DNA from: Patescibacteria group bacterium | GTDB lineage: Bacteria; Patescibacteriota; UBA1384; CAJBMM01 | Assembly: GCA_041660565.1 (NCBI GenBank) | Contig: JBAZWC010000001.1 | Location: 430,481-494,480 of the forward strand | DNA length: 64,000 bases | Reading direction: 5' to 3' | In this document: in pieces, positions 45,961 to 56,166 of the stretch | How the letters are laid out: each line of letters begins with the position of its first letter | How positions within the stretch are numbered: position 1 is the stretch's first letter | Position numbers and translations under genes: made by a program | The notes under the pieces: model-generated | What the model saw: only the letters and a program-made list of their open reading frames with translations | Database searches by the model: none | Told to the model about the DNA's origin: nothing

Positions 45961-47031
45961 ATGGAACAACCAGCGGTTCAACGCGTCAAATTTGACATTT
46001 CAACCAGTGCCATCATCAAAATTCTAGTGGTGATCTTTGGCATCTTCTTTTTGCAAAAAATTCAAAGCATATTGCTGTTATTATTAATTGTTTTGATCTT
46101 GGTAACCGCCCTTTCTCCGATTGTCGACTCGCTGGTTAAACGCTTGCAGATCAAGCGCTGGCTGGCTGTTACCTTAATTTTTAGCTCCATTGCCGTATTA
46201 CTGATTCTGGTTACATGGCTGATTGTGCCGTTGCTGTTTAGCCAGACAATCGACTTATTGCAACTACCACAAATCAAGAATTTATTTGGTATCACCGAAT
46301 CCAGCTCGGCGCTTGAAGAGTTGCAAATGTTATATGCCAAAATTCCCGGATTACCGACGGATAGCACCGGTTTTGTCAACTTTTTCTCGGCCATTTTTGG
46401 CGGCATCGCTAGCGCATTTACCATTCTGGTATTATCGCTATATCTTTTGCTTGATGAGGATGGCATTCGCAAATACATTCTGACTGTATTACCAACAACA
46501 CATAAAGAACAAATTGTTTCGGTGATACACAAAATTAGCGTCAAATTAGGATACTGGTTACGCGGTCAACTTTCCTTGGGATTGATTATCGGATTGATTG
46601 ATTTGGTTATTTTGCTTAGTTTCGGCGTACCTTATGCTTTGACTCTGGCAATTTTCGCCGGAGTAACCGAATTAATCCCGTATCTTGGACCATTTTTGGG
46701 GTACGGCGCCGCATTGTTTGTCGCACTAACCTCTGACTCGTCATTTCATATTAGCAAACTAGTAGTAGTAGTTGGCATTTCGATTGGATATCTAGTGGTA
46801 CAGCAACTGGAAGGTAATTTCTTGGTACCAAAAGTGATGCAAAAGTCAGTCGGGCTTTCGCCTGTAATAATAATTGTGGCAATTTTGATTGGCGCAAAAT
46901 TATTCGGATTAGTTGGTGTAATCCTATCCGTACCAATTGCGGCTGGTATTTCGGTTATTGCCGATGAATGGCCTGCCATTCAGCAAGCTTATCATAATAA
47001 TAAAGCCGGCATCTCTAAATCACTAGAATAA
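45961..47031 (+). CDS. AI-2E family transporter (PerM/YhhT-like)
   Basis: Eight TM helices with the conserved block GNFLVPKVMQKSVGLSPV. Start reset to the ATG at 45961 (RBS aaagggga), because the longer ORF runs back into GC-rich unit B. Confidence 0.75.
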   Translation: MEQPAVQRVKFDISTSAIIKILVVIFGIFFLQKIQSILLLLLIVLILVTALSPIVDSLVKRLQIKRWLAVTLIFSSIAVLLILVTWLIVPLLFSQTIDLLQLPQIKNLFGITESSSALEELQMLYAKIPGLPTDSTGFVNFFSAIFGGIASAFTILVLSLYLLLDEDGIRKYILTVLPTTHKEQIVSVIHKISVKLGYWLRGQLSLGLIIGLIDLVILLSFGVPYALTLAIFAGVTELIPYLGPFLGYGAALFVALTSDSSFHISKLVVVVGISIGYLVVQQLEGNFLVPKVMQKSVGLSPVIIIVAILIGAKLFGLVGVILSVPIAAGISVIADEWPAIQQAYHNNKAGISKSLE

Positions 47032-47042
47032 TATCGGTTAGC

Positions 47043-47090
47043 TTGTCATTTCGACCCCCTGTCCGCCAGCTGGCGGATCCGATAGGGTGG
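47043..47090. repeat. GTCATTTCGAC hairpin variant
   Basis: cttgtcatttcgaccccctgtCCGCCAGCTGGCGGatccgatagggtgg. Confidence 0.5.
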
Positions 47091-47143
47091 TTGTGTGATA
47101 ATTTGAAATTTGAAATTTACAATTTGAAATGATGGAAATTTTT

Positions 47144-48382
47144 TTATTTTTTTGAATGATTAGTAATTCGCTTTATTGCCACCATGTATGCGGCATCTCT
47201 TAGTGTGGTCTTTTCTTGTACCGACAAATTATAAACCGCCAAGCTGGCTTTATTCATTTGGGCTTTAAGTTTGGCAAAAACTTTCTCTTTACTCCACGAT
47301 TGCTTGTGGATGTTTTGATACCATTCGTAGTAAGAAACCGCCACACCACCTGAATTGGCTAGAATATCCGGAATAACCATTATTCCTTTTGTTTTTAGTA
47401 CTTGATCCGCATCGGCGGTAGTGGGGCCATTGGCCAGTTCTAAAACGTATTTGGCTTTAATCTGAGATGCATTTTCGGCCACTATCACATTTTCTAGCGC
47501 CGCTGGAACTATCACATCTACCGGCAGCGTCAATATCTTATCCGGAGAAATAATTTGCGATTTTTCCGCCATATCCGATAGTAATTTGCCGCTGTTTTTT
47601 GCTTCAATTAACGCATCAATATTAGTGATACCAAGCGGATTGTAAATGCCGGTTTTGGAATCGGATATCGCCACCACCTTTACTCCCAGCTCAACCAAGA
47701 ATTTGGCCACGTACTGCCCCACGTTACCGAATCCTTGTACAGATGCGGTAAGATTGGTGATATCGATCTTTGCGGCCTTCATGATCGCCTCAAAGGCGTA
47801 CGCGCCCCCTAGACCGGTGGCTTCGGTGCGTCCCAATGATCCACCTAGAGTTAGCGGCTTACCGGTAACCACCGCCAGCGACTTCTTGCCGGTCGATTTG
47901 GCAAATTGGTCAACCACCCACTCCATTATTTGCCCGTTAGTGTTCACATCTGGCGCCGGCACGTCTTTGTGCGGCCCAATATTATCGGCAATCGCGCTAA
48001 TGTATTGCCTGGTCAATCTTTCTAACTCATTGGTCGATAAATCTTTAGGGTTAACATTAACACCACCTTTGCCACCGCCAAATGGCACGTCTATCACGGC
48101 ATTCTTCATTGTCATCCACAATGACAGCGCTTTTACCTCATCTACGTTAACTTGGGGATGATAACGAATACCACCCTTGTATGGCCCGAGGGCGTTATTA
48201 TGCTGAGATCGATATCCGGTGTAAACCACCACGTTGCCATCATCCTTTAACAACGGCAAATTTAGCTCGATTACTTTGTCTGGATTAGATAATTTGGCCA
48301 CCCACAATCGGTCAAGGTTAACTTTCTTGGCGATGCTTTGAATTTGTAGCTGCGCACGCAACCACGGGTTATTATCTGCCAT
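47144..48382 (-). CDS. gdhA: NAD(P)-dependent glutamate dehydrogenase
   Basis: Glu/Leu/Phe/Val dehydrogenase family. K..GGGKGG catalytic loop. C-terminal Rossmann fold. Confidence 0.9.
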   Translation of the reverse strand: MADNNPWLRAQLQIQSIAKKVNLDRLWVAKLSNPDKVIELNLPLLKDDGNVVVYTGYRSQHNNALGPYKGGIRYHPQVNVDEVKALSLWMTMKNAVIDVPFGGGKGGVNVNPKDLSTNELERLTRQYISAIADNIGPHKDVPAPDVNTNGQIMEWVVDQFAKSTGKKSLAVVTGKPLTLGGSLGRTEATGLGGAYAFEAIMKAAKIDITNLTASVQGFGNVGQYVAKFLVELGVKVVAISDSKTGIYNPLGITNIDALIEAKNSGKLLSDMAEKSQIISPDKILTLPVDVIVPAALENVIVAENASQIKAKYVLELANGPTTADADQVLKTKGIMVIPDILANSGGVAVSYYEWYQNIHKQSWSKEKVFAKLKAQMNKASLAVYNLSVQEKTTLRDAAYMVAIKRITNHSKK

Positions 48383-48419
48383 ATCAGCCTCCGCTATTAA
48401 GACATATTAAGTATTAAAT

Positions 48420-49373
48420 TTAGATCCCGATGAATGTGTGAACCTTAGCCGCATTTTTCCAAATCACAAAGTCGTTATCACCGCGAATATCTTCTATTAA
48501 GATTAAATGCCAACCATAGGTGGTACGAATCGGTCCCAGAATATCACCTTTTTTAACCGAACTGGCAAAAATTGCGTCGTCAAACTCAGCAACAGACTGG
48601 CCGCGGCTTAGATATCCAAGCTCGCCAGAGTTATTATTACTGGCCGTGTCTTCACTATATTGCTTGGCCATATCGGCAAACGGCTTACCGCCATTTATCT
48701 GCTTTAGATAGTCCTTAGCTTTTACCTGAGCGGCATCAATGGTTTTTTGGTCAGCGCCGGAATCTACTTTAACTAACAGATGACGAACCTGAACTTCGCG
48801 CCACTGTTTTTTATCTTGATACCAAGCCTGTACTTTATTTTTGAGTAGCTGCTTGGCAATTAAATTTTTGAATTGATCCTCGTTTAGCCCGTATAGATCG
48901 GTCAGAACTTTAGCAAGCTCCTCTTTACCACTTTTTTCTTGCAGTTTTTGATAAGCCTGATTTACTTCGTCTTGGCTAACCTTGATCTTGTTCTTGGTAG
49001 CTTGATTCGCAGTCAGCTGATCGGTAATTAGTAGGTCAATCACCTGCTTTTTGACCGTAGTAACATCGTAGCTGGTTTTGCTGGCATCATAAAAATGCTT
49101 AGTATAATCGTAGGTAAAGTTGTAATCCGAGATCGGGATAAGTGACCAATTTACTTTAACCGCAGGGTACGGAATGATTCTGGCCATAAATTTGGCAGAT
49201 GAATTGTTGACGTTAAACCCATAAATTGCAATCGCAAACGCAATAATTAAGGCCACAAACAAACCAACCAAACTAAAGAATATTGATCTCGCTGAGCGTC
49301 TTTTAAACTCAAATCGTGAGAAAAACCGAGCAATGGATTTTGTGAATTGTTTTATTTTTTCAAGTATTTTCAT
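48420..49373 (-). CDS. membrane-anchored parvulin-type peptidyl-prolyl isomerase (PrsA/SurA-like foldase)
   Basis: N-terminal TM, chaperone-like middle region, PpiC domain (..FDDAIF.., GWHLILIED). Confidence 0.75.
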   Translation of the reverse strand: MKILEKIKQFTKSIARFFSRFEFKRRSARSIFFSLVGLFVALIIAFAIAIYGFNVNNSSAKFMARIIPYPAVKVNWSLIPISDYNFTYDYTKHFYDASKTSYDVTTVKKQVIDLLITDQLTANQATKNKIKVSQDEVNQAYQKLQEKSGKEELAKVLTDLYGLNEDQFKNLIAKQLLKNKVQAWYQDKKQWREVQVRHLLVKVDSGADQKTIDAAQVKAKDYLKQINGGKPFADMAKQYSEDTASNNNSGELGYLSRGQSVAEFDDAIFASSVKKGDILGPIRTTYGWHLILIEDIRGDNDFVIWKNAAKVHTFIGI

Positions 49374-49375
49374 AT

Positions 49376-50008
49376 TTACCTAACGCTGCCTAGAAGTACC
49401 GGTTTAATTGTAGCAAGAACAAAAACGACTAGCAACAAGCACATCACTGCATCACCCCACAATTTGTTCCACGAAAATTCCTTTTTTGCGTCCGCTTCTA
49501 GAAAACTCCACAGTAGATAGACAAAAAAGGTGCTTAGTAGGGCTTCGCTAAGTACATCATCATATATCACCCAATACATTAAGTAGGTAATAATTTGGGC
49601 GGTGATAAAACCAACTAAATAGGAATGGCGCCACAGTACCGATTTTGGGAAAAGATGGTGTCCGCGCCAAATTGTCAGAATCACCATTACAACAGTAGAT
49701 GCGCCAAGTAGCGTCCAAATTGGCCATATTTCTAAATGATTAAAGGAATAAACCATACTAAAGTTGATGTAGGTAAACAACAGCAACAGCGCGTCGATGT
49801 TTTGGCGCCAAAACGATTGCCATAGGGCATAAATGGCGAAAACGACGATCACCGTGTATTGAAAAGAGGAAATGTGAACCTTGCTAAAATAATATTGCAA
49901 AATAACCACTAAAACTACACTCGCGATGGCTAAAATTGGTTTAGCGGTGCGATTCGGAAAAATCTTGTTCCAAATATCGGTATAAGTTGGAGAATTGGGC
50001 ATAATCAT
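49376..50008 (-). CDS. hypothetical polytopic membrane protein
   Basis: 210 aa with at least 6 TM helices. Starts 3 nt after the prsA-like stop. Confidence 0.45.
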   Translation of the reverse strand: MIMPNSPTYTDIWNKIFPNRTAKPILAIASVVLVVILQYYFSKVHISSFQYTVIVVFAIYALWQSFWRQNIDALLLLFTYINFSMVYSFNHLEIWPIWTLLGASTVVMVILTIWRGHHLFPKSVLWRHSYLVGFITAQIITYLMYWVIYDDVLSEALLSTFFVYLLWSFLEADAKKEFSWNKLWGDAVMCLLLVVFVLATIKPVLLGSVR

Positions 50009-50158
50009 TCCAAAATTCGAAGCACTAAATCCAAAATCCGAAACATTTATGATTAGAAATTTGGAATATATTTCGTATTTCGAGTTTCGAGTTTCGTGCT
50101 TTTTACTTATTGTGTGTGCACAACAACATGATCGCGCGGAATATCGACTTAATAGACG

Positions 50159-51493
50159 CTATTTGCTTGTCGAATAGTCTGCGCCTAATATTAGCACAAT
50201 GTCCGCTGTTTCGCTACTAGCAGAAGAATCTTGGCGGGCTTTTAGTCCGAATCTTTTTTCTAAAAATGATATAGTGAATGGATTTTTGCCACCACTCCGA
50301 TCGATCAACTGCGTGAACTGCTCTTTTGTAGTGCTATTTGTAACACTTACAACATTGTATCCCAAATTTTTAAGTGTTTTGGATACGGTTGCGCCAAGTC
50401 CAGAGGTGCTGGTAGCGTTTTGAATAGCAATAGTTGAGTCTTCTTTTGCCAAAAATGGATTGGTGAAAATGGTATGAGCAATGTCTTTAACTGCTTGATA
50501 GGTGTAATCGCCATCGCGTGGGACCAATACGTCTGCACCACCAATATTTTGCCCCACCAACGGACCACTGGCTGAGCTGTCAATTACCTGGGTAATAATT
50601 TGGCTGCCAGTTAAATCTTTAACCTCGGTGATGAGTGTTTGCATTTCGCTAACCTGTAAGTCAGTACGAATATGATTACCCACAATATTCATTATTTGAG
50701 TCAATTTAACCGGATTAGTTAAGACGCCTGCCGACAGGGCTTTTTGTTTAATCGCTAACATTACTTCTTGCTGTCGGCGCGATCGATCAAAATCGGATGT
50801 GGTTTTACGTGATCTGGCATACTTTAAGGCAGTTTCCCCATCCATTGTTTGTGTTCCGGCTTTAATATGCACCGGAGAGTAACGAATCATATCTGCCGCC
50901 GGATAAAACGGATCATCAAGTGGCGTATCCACCGTGACCGTTATACCCCCCAAAGAGTCCACAATCTCCTTAAAGGCCTGAAAATCCAGTAACACATAAT
51001 AATGAATCGGTATGCCTAATAGATCACTAATGGTCTGCTTTGCCGCGGCTGTGCCATTGCCTTTTTGTTTCAATTCACCACGATAATACATCTCATTTAT
51101 ACGAGCGTATGTGTTACTGGAATATTTATAATACAGATCCCTTGGCACAGATAGGAAACCAGCTTTGTGATTTTGAGTATCTAACGATAAAACTTGGATA
51201 GTGTCTGTCAATGTACCGCCCGGATGATCTTCTCCACCCATGCCCATCAATAGAATATTTACCCGACCATCCGAATCACCGGATAAATCGGACGGTTTAA
51301 CATCTTTTGCGTTTTTAGTCAGCAAAACGCTACCCCCGTTAGAGTTAGCCGTAATGACCTTATTTTTATTTTTTATGATGGTGTAGCCGAACCAGCTAGA
51401 TAATCCTATTATCAGGACGACAAAAAATAAGCCGACCCACTTTGCCGTTCGTTTAACTTTTGATCCGGATGCACCAAATTTAATAAATCGCAT
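50159..51493 (-). CDS. LCP-family (LytR-CpsA-Psr) cell-wall glycopolymer ligase
   Basis: N-terminal TM, LCP core (ILLMGMGGED..TDTIQVLSLD..FLSVPRDLYY), C-terminal LytR_C-like domain. Confidence 0.85.
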   Translation of the reverse strand: MRFIKFGASGSKVKRTAKWVGLFFVVLIIGLSSWFGYTIIKNKNKVITANSNGGSVLLTKNAKDVKPSDLSGDSDGRVNILLMGMGGEDHPGGTLTDTIQVLSLDTQNHKAGFLSVPRDLYYKYSSNTYARINEMYYRGELKQKGNGTAAAKQTISDLLGIPIHYYVLLDFQAFKEIVDSLGGITVTVDTPLDDPFYPAADMIRYSPVHIKAGTQTMDGETALKYARSRKTTSDFDRSRRQQEVMLAIKQKALSAGVLTNPVKLTQIMNIVGNHIRTDLQVSEMQTLITEVKDLTGSQIITQVIDSSASGPLVGQNIGGADVLVPRDGDYTYQAVKDIAHTIFTNPFLAKEDSTIAIQNATSTSGLGATVSKTLKNLGYNVVSVTNSTTKEQFTQLIDRSGGKNPFTISFLEKRFGLKARQDSSASSETADIVLILGADYSTSK

Positions 51494-51744
51494 TTATCTT
51501 ATTTTATCTGATTGTCGTGTTTGGAGCAAGGCGCTGTTTTCTTGTTCGAGGCATGGCCGAGAACTACCCATTTAGTAAAGGGATAATTCTCACTTCGTCC
51601 TCCGAGCGTAACTCTACGGAGTGGAGCTTCGAACAAGAAATACATCGTGTGCAAATTTAAACTTTGCTACACTTAATATTCCTAATTGATACTAATAAGC
51701 GATCCCCACCAGTTTAGCCAATTACGCTGAAAATTGTCTTAGAG

Positions 51745-51948
51745 TTATTCGGCTTTCTCGGCTTTTTCAACTGGTTTGCATTTGTGGGCCACGCCTACAA
51801 TGCTTTGCGCCAAAGTAAAGGCGAACAATATCAGGGTTATAAACCCAATCCCCACCTCAGTATCCGTTGCACCACCCGTCATAAATGACAAAGCGAAAAA
51901 CAACCCGATTGCCGAAACCAGTATTCCAATGACTGACATAACTTTCAT
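51745..51948 (-). CDS. small membrane protein (two TM)
   Basis: 67-aa hydrophobic ORF. Confidence 0.35.
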   Translation of the reverse strand: MKVMSVIGILVSAIGLFFALSFMTGGATDTEVGIGFITLILFAFTLAQSIVGVAHKCKPVEKAEKAE

Positions 51949-51969
51949 TATGCTCCTTTTTTTTATTTT

Positions 51970-52386
51970 CTATTGAACCGCGATAACGGTAAAATCTCTA
52001 ACCGGATTAGTCTCATCTATATTGTAACAGACTTGTTGCTCAAAGGAATCTGCTAGTTGATATTTCCCCAGTGTTCTTTTGGTCTTATCTAAAAAGTTGA
52101 CGTCTAAACAACCACTTTCTTCGGTGGTCAACGAATACGAACCATCAGTACCAACAGAGGCACCAATTGATCCGATAATTACTTGCTGGGTGCTGGCTGG
52201 GCCAACCACTTTGCCTGTGCTATCCACAATGGTTACTTTACCGGTAACGTAATGAAAATATGGACTAGCGGGGACAGTGCTGGCATCACTGCTAATATAG
52301 TGGATGTATGTAGATACGCCAACCAAAATTATCAGGATACCCAAAACAATAAATTGGTATCGTTTAAAAATCATTTTATTATTCAT
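51970..52386 (-). CDS. hypothetical exported protein
   Basis: 138 aa with an N-terminal TM/signal anchor. Confidence 0.4.
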   Translation of the reverse strand: MNNKMIFKRYQFIVLGILIILVGVSTYIHYISSDASTVPASPYFHYVTGKVTIVDSTGKVVGPASTQQVIIGSIGASVGTDGSYSLTTEESGCLDVNFLDKTKRTLGKYQLADSFEQQVCYNIDETNPVRDFTVIAVQ

Positions 52387-52403
52387 CTTCTTTCTTTCCG
52401 ATA

Positions 52404-54176
52404 TTATGGCTGCAACGACAGATCAACGGTTTTCATTAGAATATCGTTGATAATCTGACCGGTATCATTAGCATTTTTTGAATAATCATTCATATGTACG
52501 ATACCGTCATGGAAAGCCGAAGCGTATGTTTCAGTGTTGCCGTCTTTTGGATGTCCAAAGCTTTTCCACGCATTGTCATACGTACTGTCTTTTATGACGG
52601 TAAAATATGGTGGATCCAAAAATCTACCCAAAGCACGAACAGTGGCAAAAAGACCGGTATCGGAAGAAAAAGTATCGCAAGTGCCGCTCTTACGCAAGTC
52701 TATGCCGTGCCCAAATTCATGAATGACGGCGTGAACAGTAACATCTGTGCCATATTTTTGAACCACACTAGCTGTGATTTCAAAACGTTCAGCAAATAAA
52801 TTTGGACCATTAGTATTTGGGTGCGGCAGCGCAGACATACATTTAACATTGGGAGGGCTTGACTCATTATGCCCATATTCACTGTATTCGTAGCCAACGC
52901 TGGGATTCCCGTCTGAGTTAACAACCACTTGCAGGGGTAGCATATTATATTTTGGATACGCTGCTCTTAGCTTGCCAATCTGCTCGTCCACCGCTTTCCA
53001 CGTTGCCAGCATACTGGTATACGTAGTTTTGGCTTGGTACCCACAGAACCAAAATTCTTTTACATTTGTTTGAGGATATTTATAACATTTACCGTCCGTT
53101 GAAACCGAATTTGGTGTCATGGCAACATGAATTATGTCAGCGGTATTATCAGGGACATTATACAATACCGCAGTTGTGGTATATGTTTTATAGCCTGATG
53201 CGGAAACAGTAACGGTATAAACGCCCGAAAGCACTTTTTTAAAACTAGCTATACCTTTTTTATTTGTTTTAGCGGAAAGATGTGTTTTTGGATAAAGATC
53301 TAGCTTAACTGTTGCATTACTAACTAATTTTTCTGTCGGACCGTAATCAAAGTAATCTACCACCACTACATCTACTTTATGAACATTATCTACTGCCACA
53401 TTATCAACTTGCAAACTTACACTTATTGTCTGATTATTCGTCGCGGAAAACTTGACCGTAGCCGGTGTACCAATTAATTTTGTATCACCTAGCCACGGCT
53501 CAACCGAGAAATCGACACCAGGAACAAGTGCGTCTGACACATATTCAAAATTGATCCCTTGTGGGCCAATGATTGTTTTGCCAATTAATTTTCTACTCTT
53601 AACCTCGAATATCTTTATTATCACCCCGGGTTTCTTATATAATAATTCGCCTGATATTTTATTCGAAGAAACCACTTCAAGTTTAATATCATATACATTT
53701 TTACCCGGACGAAGCCACGGAATAGTTTTGATTGGGAAAACAACAAAATCACCTTGTGCTTTTAGACTAGCTGATTCAGGATAGACCGACGGAAAGATGT
53801 AATGCCCGGTCAGGTCTGTTTTGACTGTGACGCCGGTATTGCCATTTTGGTAGAGAGTAACGTTCACATTCGGAATACCCACTTTGGAGGTTGAAAGATA
53901 GGCAAAACCTTCTAGCCATGTGCGAACGCCGGAAGATGGATTTGATGATGGCTGTCCGGAAGCGTTAGCAGTTGGAGTAGGTGTTTTGGTGGGGGTAGCA
54001 GTAGGGGTTGCGTTTGGAGTTGGAGTGAAATTGGCTGTGGGAGACATTGTGGGTGTGGCTGAGGTGGCAGAAGATGGATTACTCGACGGCCCAATAGCCA
54101 TAGCAGGGACGGAAAGCAATCCAATATTTATTATCATCGCCAAACCAATCACCAAAAAACGTGCGATTTTTTTCAT
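52404..54176 (-). CDS. secreted multi-domain protein with HExxH zinc-metallopeptidase-like C-terminal domain and Thr/Pro linker
   Basis: Signal peptide from MKKIARFLVIGLA (ATG at 54176). TPTATPTKTPTPTA linker. Carboxypeptidase-regulatory-like beta domains. VHAVIHEFGHGIDL motif. Confidence 0.55.
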   Translation of the reverse strand: MKKIARFLVIGLAMIINIGLLSVPAMAIGPSSNPSSATSATPTMSPTANFTPTPNATPTATPTKTPTPTANASGQPSSNPSSGVRTWLEGFAYLSTSKVGIPNVNVTLYQNGNTGVTVKTDLTGHYIFPSVYPESASLKAQGDFVVFPIKTIPWLRPGKNVYDIKLEVVSSNKISGELLYKKPGVIIKIFEVKSRKLIGKTIIGPQGINFEYVSDALVPGVDFSVEPWLGDTKLIGTPATVKFSATNNQTISVSLQVDNVAVDNVHKVDVVVVDYFDYGPTEKLVSNATVKLDLYPKTHLSAKTNKKGIASFKKVLSGVYTVTVSASGYKTYTTTAVLYNVPDNTADIIHVAMTPNSVSTDGKCYKYPQTNVKEFWFCGYQAKTTYTSMLATWKAVDEQIGKLRAAYPKYNMLPLQVVVNSDGNPSVGYEYSEYGHNESSPPNVKCMSALPHPNTNGPNLFAERFEITASVVQKYGTDVTVHAVIHEFGHGIDLRKSGTCDTFSSDTGLFATVRALGRFLDPPYFTVIKDSTYDNAWKSFGHPKDGNTETYASAFHDGIVHMNDYSKNANDTGQIINDILMKTVDLSLQP

Positions 54177-54235
54177 GCAATCCTCATCCTTATTGTACCT
54201 TAATTGTTGCAAAAAATATCCCGTACCGCAACTAT

Positions 54236-55300
54236 TTATCTGTCTTTGTCAACTATCACAGGGTTATCCGGTAATTTTACTACCGCTTCTTCGCCTACCG
54301 AACTTAAACGAAGCTCAATTTTGTTTATCTGCTTTTCGGTTTCCAAGTATTTTGTCTGCGCGCCTTGAATATGGCTACCCAAACCGGAATAGCTCTTGGA
54401 AAACTTCTCAAAATCATGCGCCAGTGTTTGTAAATTGGTCAAAATGTGATGAGCTTGCTCTTCAATTTTTAGCCCCTTAAGTCCGAGCAATATAGCCTGT
54501 AAGTAAATATAAAGAGTGTTTGGTGAAACCGGAATCACTTTTTTGGCAAAAGCATAAGATAAAACCGAATCGTCTTTATCATCTTTTAGCACCGTTTCGT
54601 AATATAAATTTTCGGCCGGTACATACATTAAGGCAAAATCAAAAGTTCCTTCTGCGGGTAAAATGTATTTCTTGGCAATATCGTCGATGTGTTTTTTAAC
54701 GTCGGATTTAAACGCCTTGCTCATTTGTTCTTTTTCCAAATCGTTTTTACTATCAACCAACCGGCGGAAGTTTTCCATTGGAAACTTGGCGTCAATTGGC
54801 ACCAGTAAACCATCGTGCAATTTAACCACCGCATCTACCCGTTCGCCGCTCTTAAAATTGTATTGCAATTTATATTGATCCTTGGGCAGCAGCTGCGCCA
54901 GCATATCACCCAAAAACAACTCGCCCAAATTGCCACGTAGTTTAGGAGTTTTAAGGATGTCTTGAAGCGAGGTCAAATCTTTGCCAATAGCTAAAATTTG
55001 TTTCGAGCCTTCGTCCAAATGGGCGAGTCGTTCGGTAACCTGATTAAACAAGGTGGTAGTTTGATCTAATTTTTGGCCTACCGAAGCGCCGGATTTATCC
55101 AATGTTTCGCGATGTTCTTGTAATTGAGTTTGCAACAATAGCTGAAATTGCTGCATCTGCTGCAGCATGCCGGTGTTTAGGGCGTCCATGCGCTGATGCA
55201 ATAACGCGTTATCGGTTGATTTACCCCGACGCAAAAAAATGGCAACCATGGCACCAACAGTCAACCCACCGAGTAAAAATAAAATTGATTCAGCGTTCAT
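54236..55300 (-). CDS. rmuC: DNA recombination protein RmuC
   Basis: N-terminal TM, long coiled coil, C-terminal RmuC nuclease-like domain. Confidence 0.75.
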   Translation of the reverse strand: MNAESILFLLGGLTVGAMVAIFLRRGKSTDNALLHQRMDALNTGMLQQMQQFQLLLQTQLQEHRETLDKSGASVGQKLDQTTTLFNQVTERLAHLDEGSKQILAIGKDLTSLQDILKTPKLRGNLGELFLGDMLAQLLPKDQYKLQYNFKSGERVDAVVKLHDGLLVPIDAKFPMENFRRLVDSKNDLEKEQMSKAFKSDVKKHIDDIAKKYILPAEGTFDFALMYVPAENLYYETVLKDDKDDSVLSYAFAKKVIPVSPNTLYIYLQAILLGLKGLKIEEQAHHILTNLQTLAHDFEKFSKSYSGLGSHIQGAQTKYLETEKQINKIELRLSSVGEEAVVKLPDNPVIVDKDR

Positions 55301-55316
55301 TTAGTTCCGTTTTCTG

Positions 55317-55817
55317 TCATCGGACTTTCTTTCGTTCGAACAACGATAAGCCGACCAAGATTACCACTAAAGCGTAAAAATACTGGGCGTAATGCAAGTT
55401 ATACAATAGCCAAAATCCGCTAACTAGGAAGAATATCAGGCCTATATCAAACATCCATTTTTTTTGCCATCTTAGCCACGCCAACAACATCGGTATAGTT
55501 AAAGTTAGTGGCAGGACAAAATTGATCAAATCGTAGTAAAACCAACCGGTAAACTGATTAAAGAACAAAAATAGTGAGAAAATTATCAAAAATAGACCAA
55601 AAATATATTCATATGGTTTTTTTTGCGATGGGTGAGATTCCACAAAGTGAAGCATTATATAAATTCCGGGAATTAAGATTAAAAGCGGCCAAAAACCGGC
55701 CCACACCGCAACCTGGGGAGCAAGATTCTGCACCAAAATGATTAAACCAATAATGATAATATACGACGCAAACAACACCCGCCAAAGACTAACTTTGTGC
55801 ATACAATCTCCTGACAT
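55317..55817 (-). CDS. hypothetical membrane protein (five TM)
   Basis: 166-aa hydrophobic ORF. Confidence 0.4.
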   Translation of the reverse strand: MSGDCMHKVSLWRVLFASYIIIIGLIILVQNLAPQVAVWAGFWPLLILIPGIYIMLHFVESHPSQKKPYEYIFGLFLIIFSLFLFFNQFTGWFYYDLINFVLPLTLTIPMLLAWLRWQKKWMFDIGLIFFLVSGFWLLYNLHYAQYFYALVVILVGLSLFERKKVR

Positions 55818-55842
55818 AGATTATACCGCGATTCCTACCCCT

Positions 55843-55908
55843 TGTCATTTCGACCCTGCGAGAATGTCAATTCGAGCGTGTTGGAGAAATCTAAGGAAGA
55901 ATCCCATC
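55843..55908. repeat. GTCATTTCGAC subfamily repeat
   Basis: cttgtcatttcgaccctgcgagaatgtcaattcgagcgtgttggagaaatctaaggaagaatccc. Related to 27926-28074. Confidence 0.6.
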
Positions 55909-56090
55909 CACAATTTTAAATTTTAAAGGCAAAATTTTAAATGAATAAGTACCGAATGATTAAATTTTAAATGGTTCCTTATTAAGTCATTAAAAATTGG
56001 CAACCATTCATTTGATAATCTCGAGCGTTCCGCGAGTGATTTCGATGCTAAGCATCTAATTAAAAATTAATAATTTATAATTCTTTTTTT

Positions 56091-56137
56091 GCAGATTTCT
56101 CCACCCTCGACTTGAATATCGAGGAGTCGAAATGACA
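56091..56137. repeat. GTCATTTCGAC subfamily repeat (reverse orientation)
   Basis: cagatttctccaccctcgacttgaatatcgaggagtcgaaatgac. Confidence 0.6.
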
Positions 56138-56166
56138 ACTTGTGACGTATACCTTGAACCAACGTT

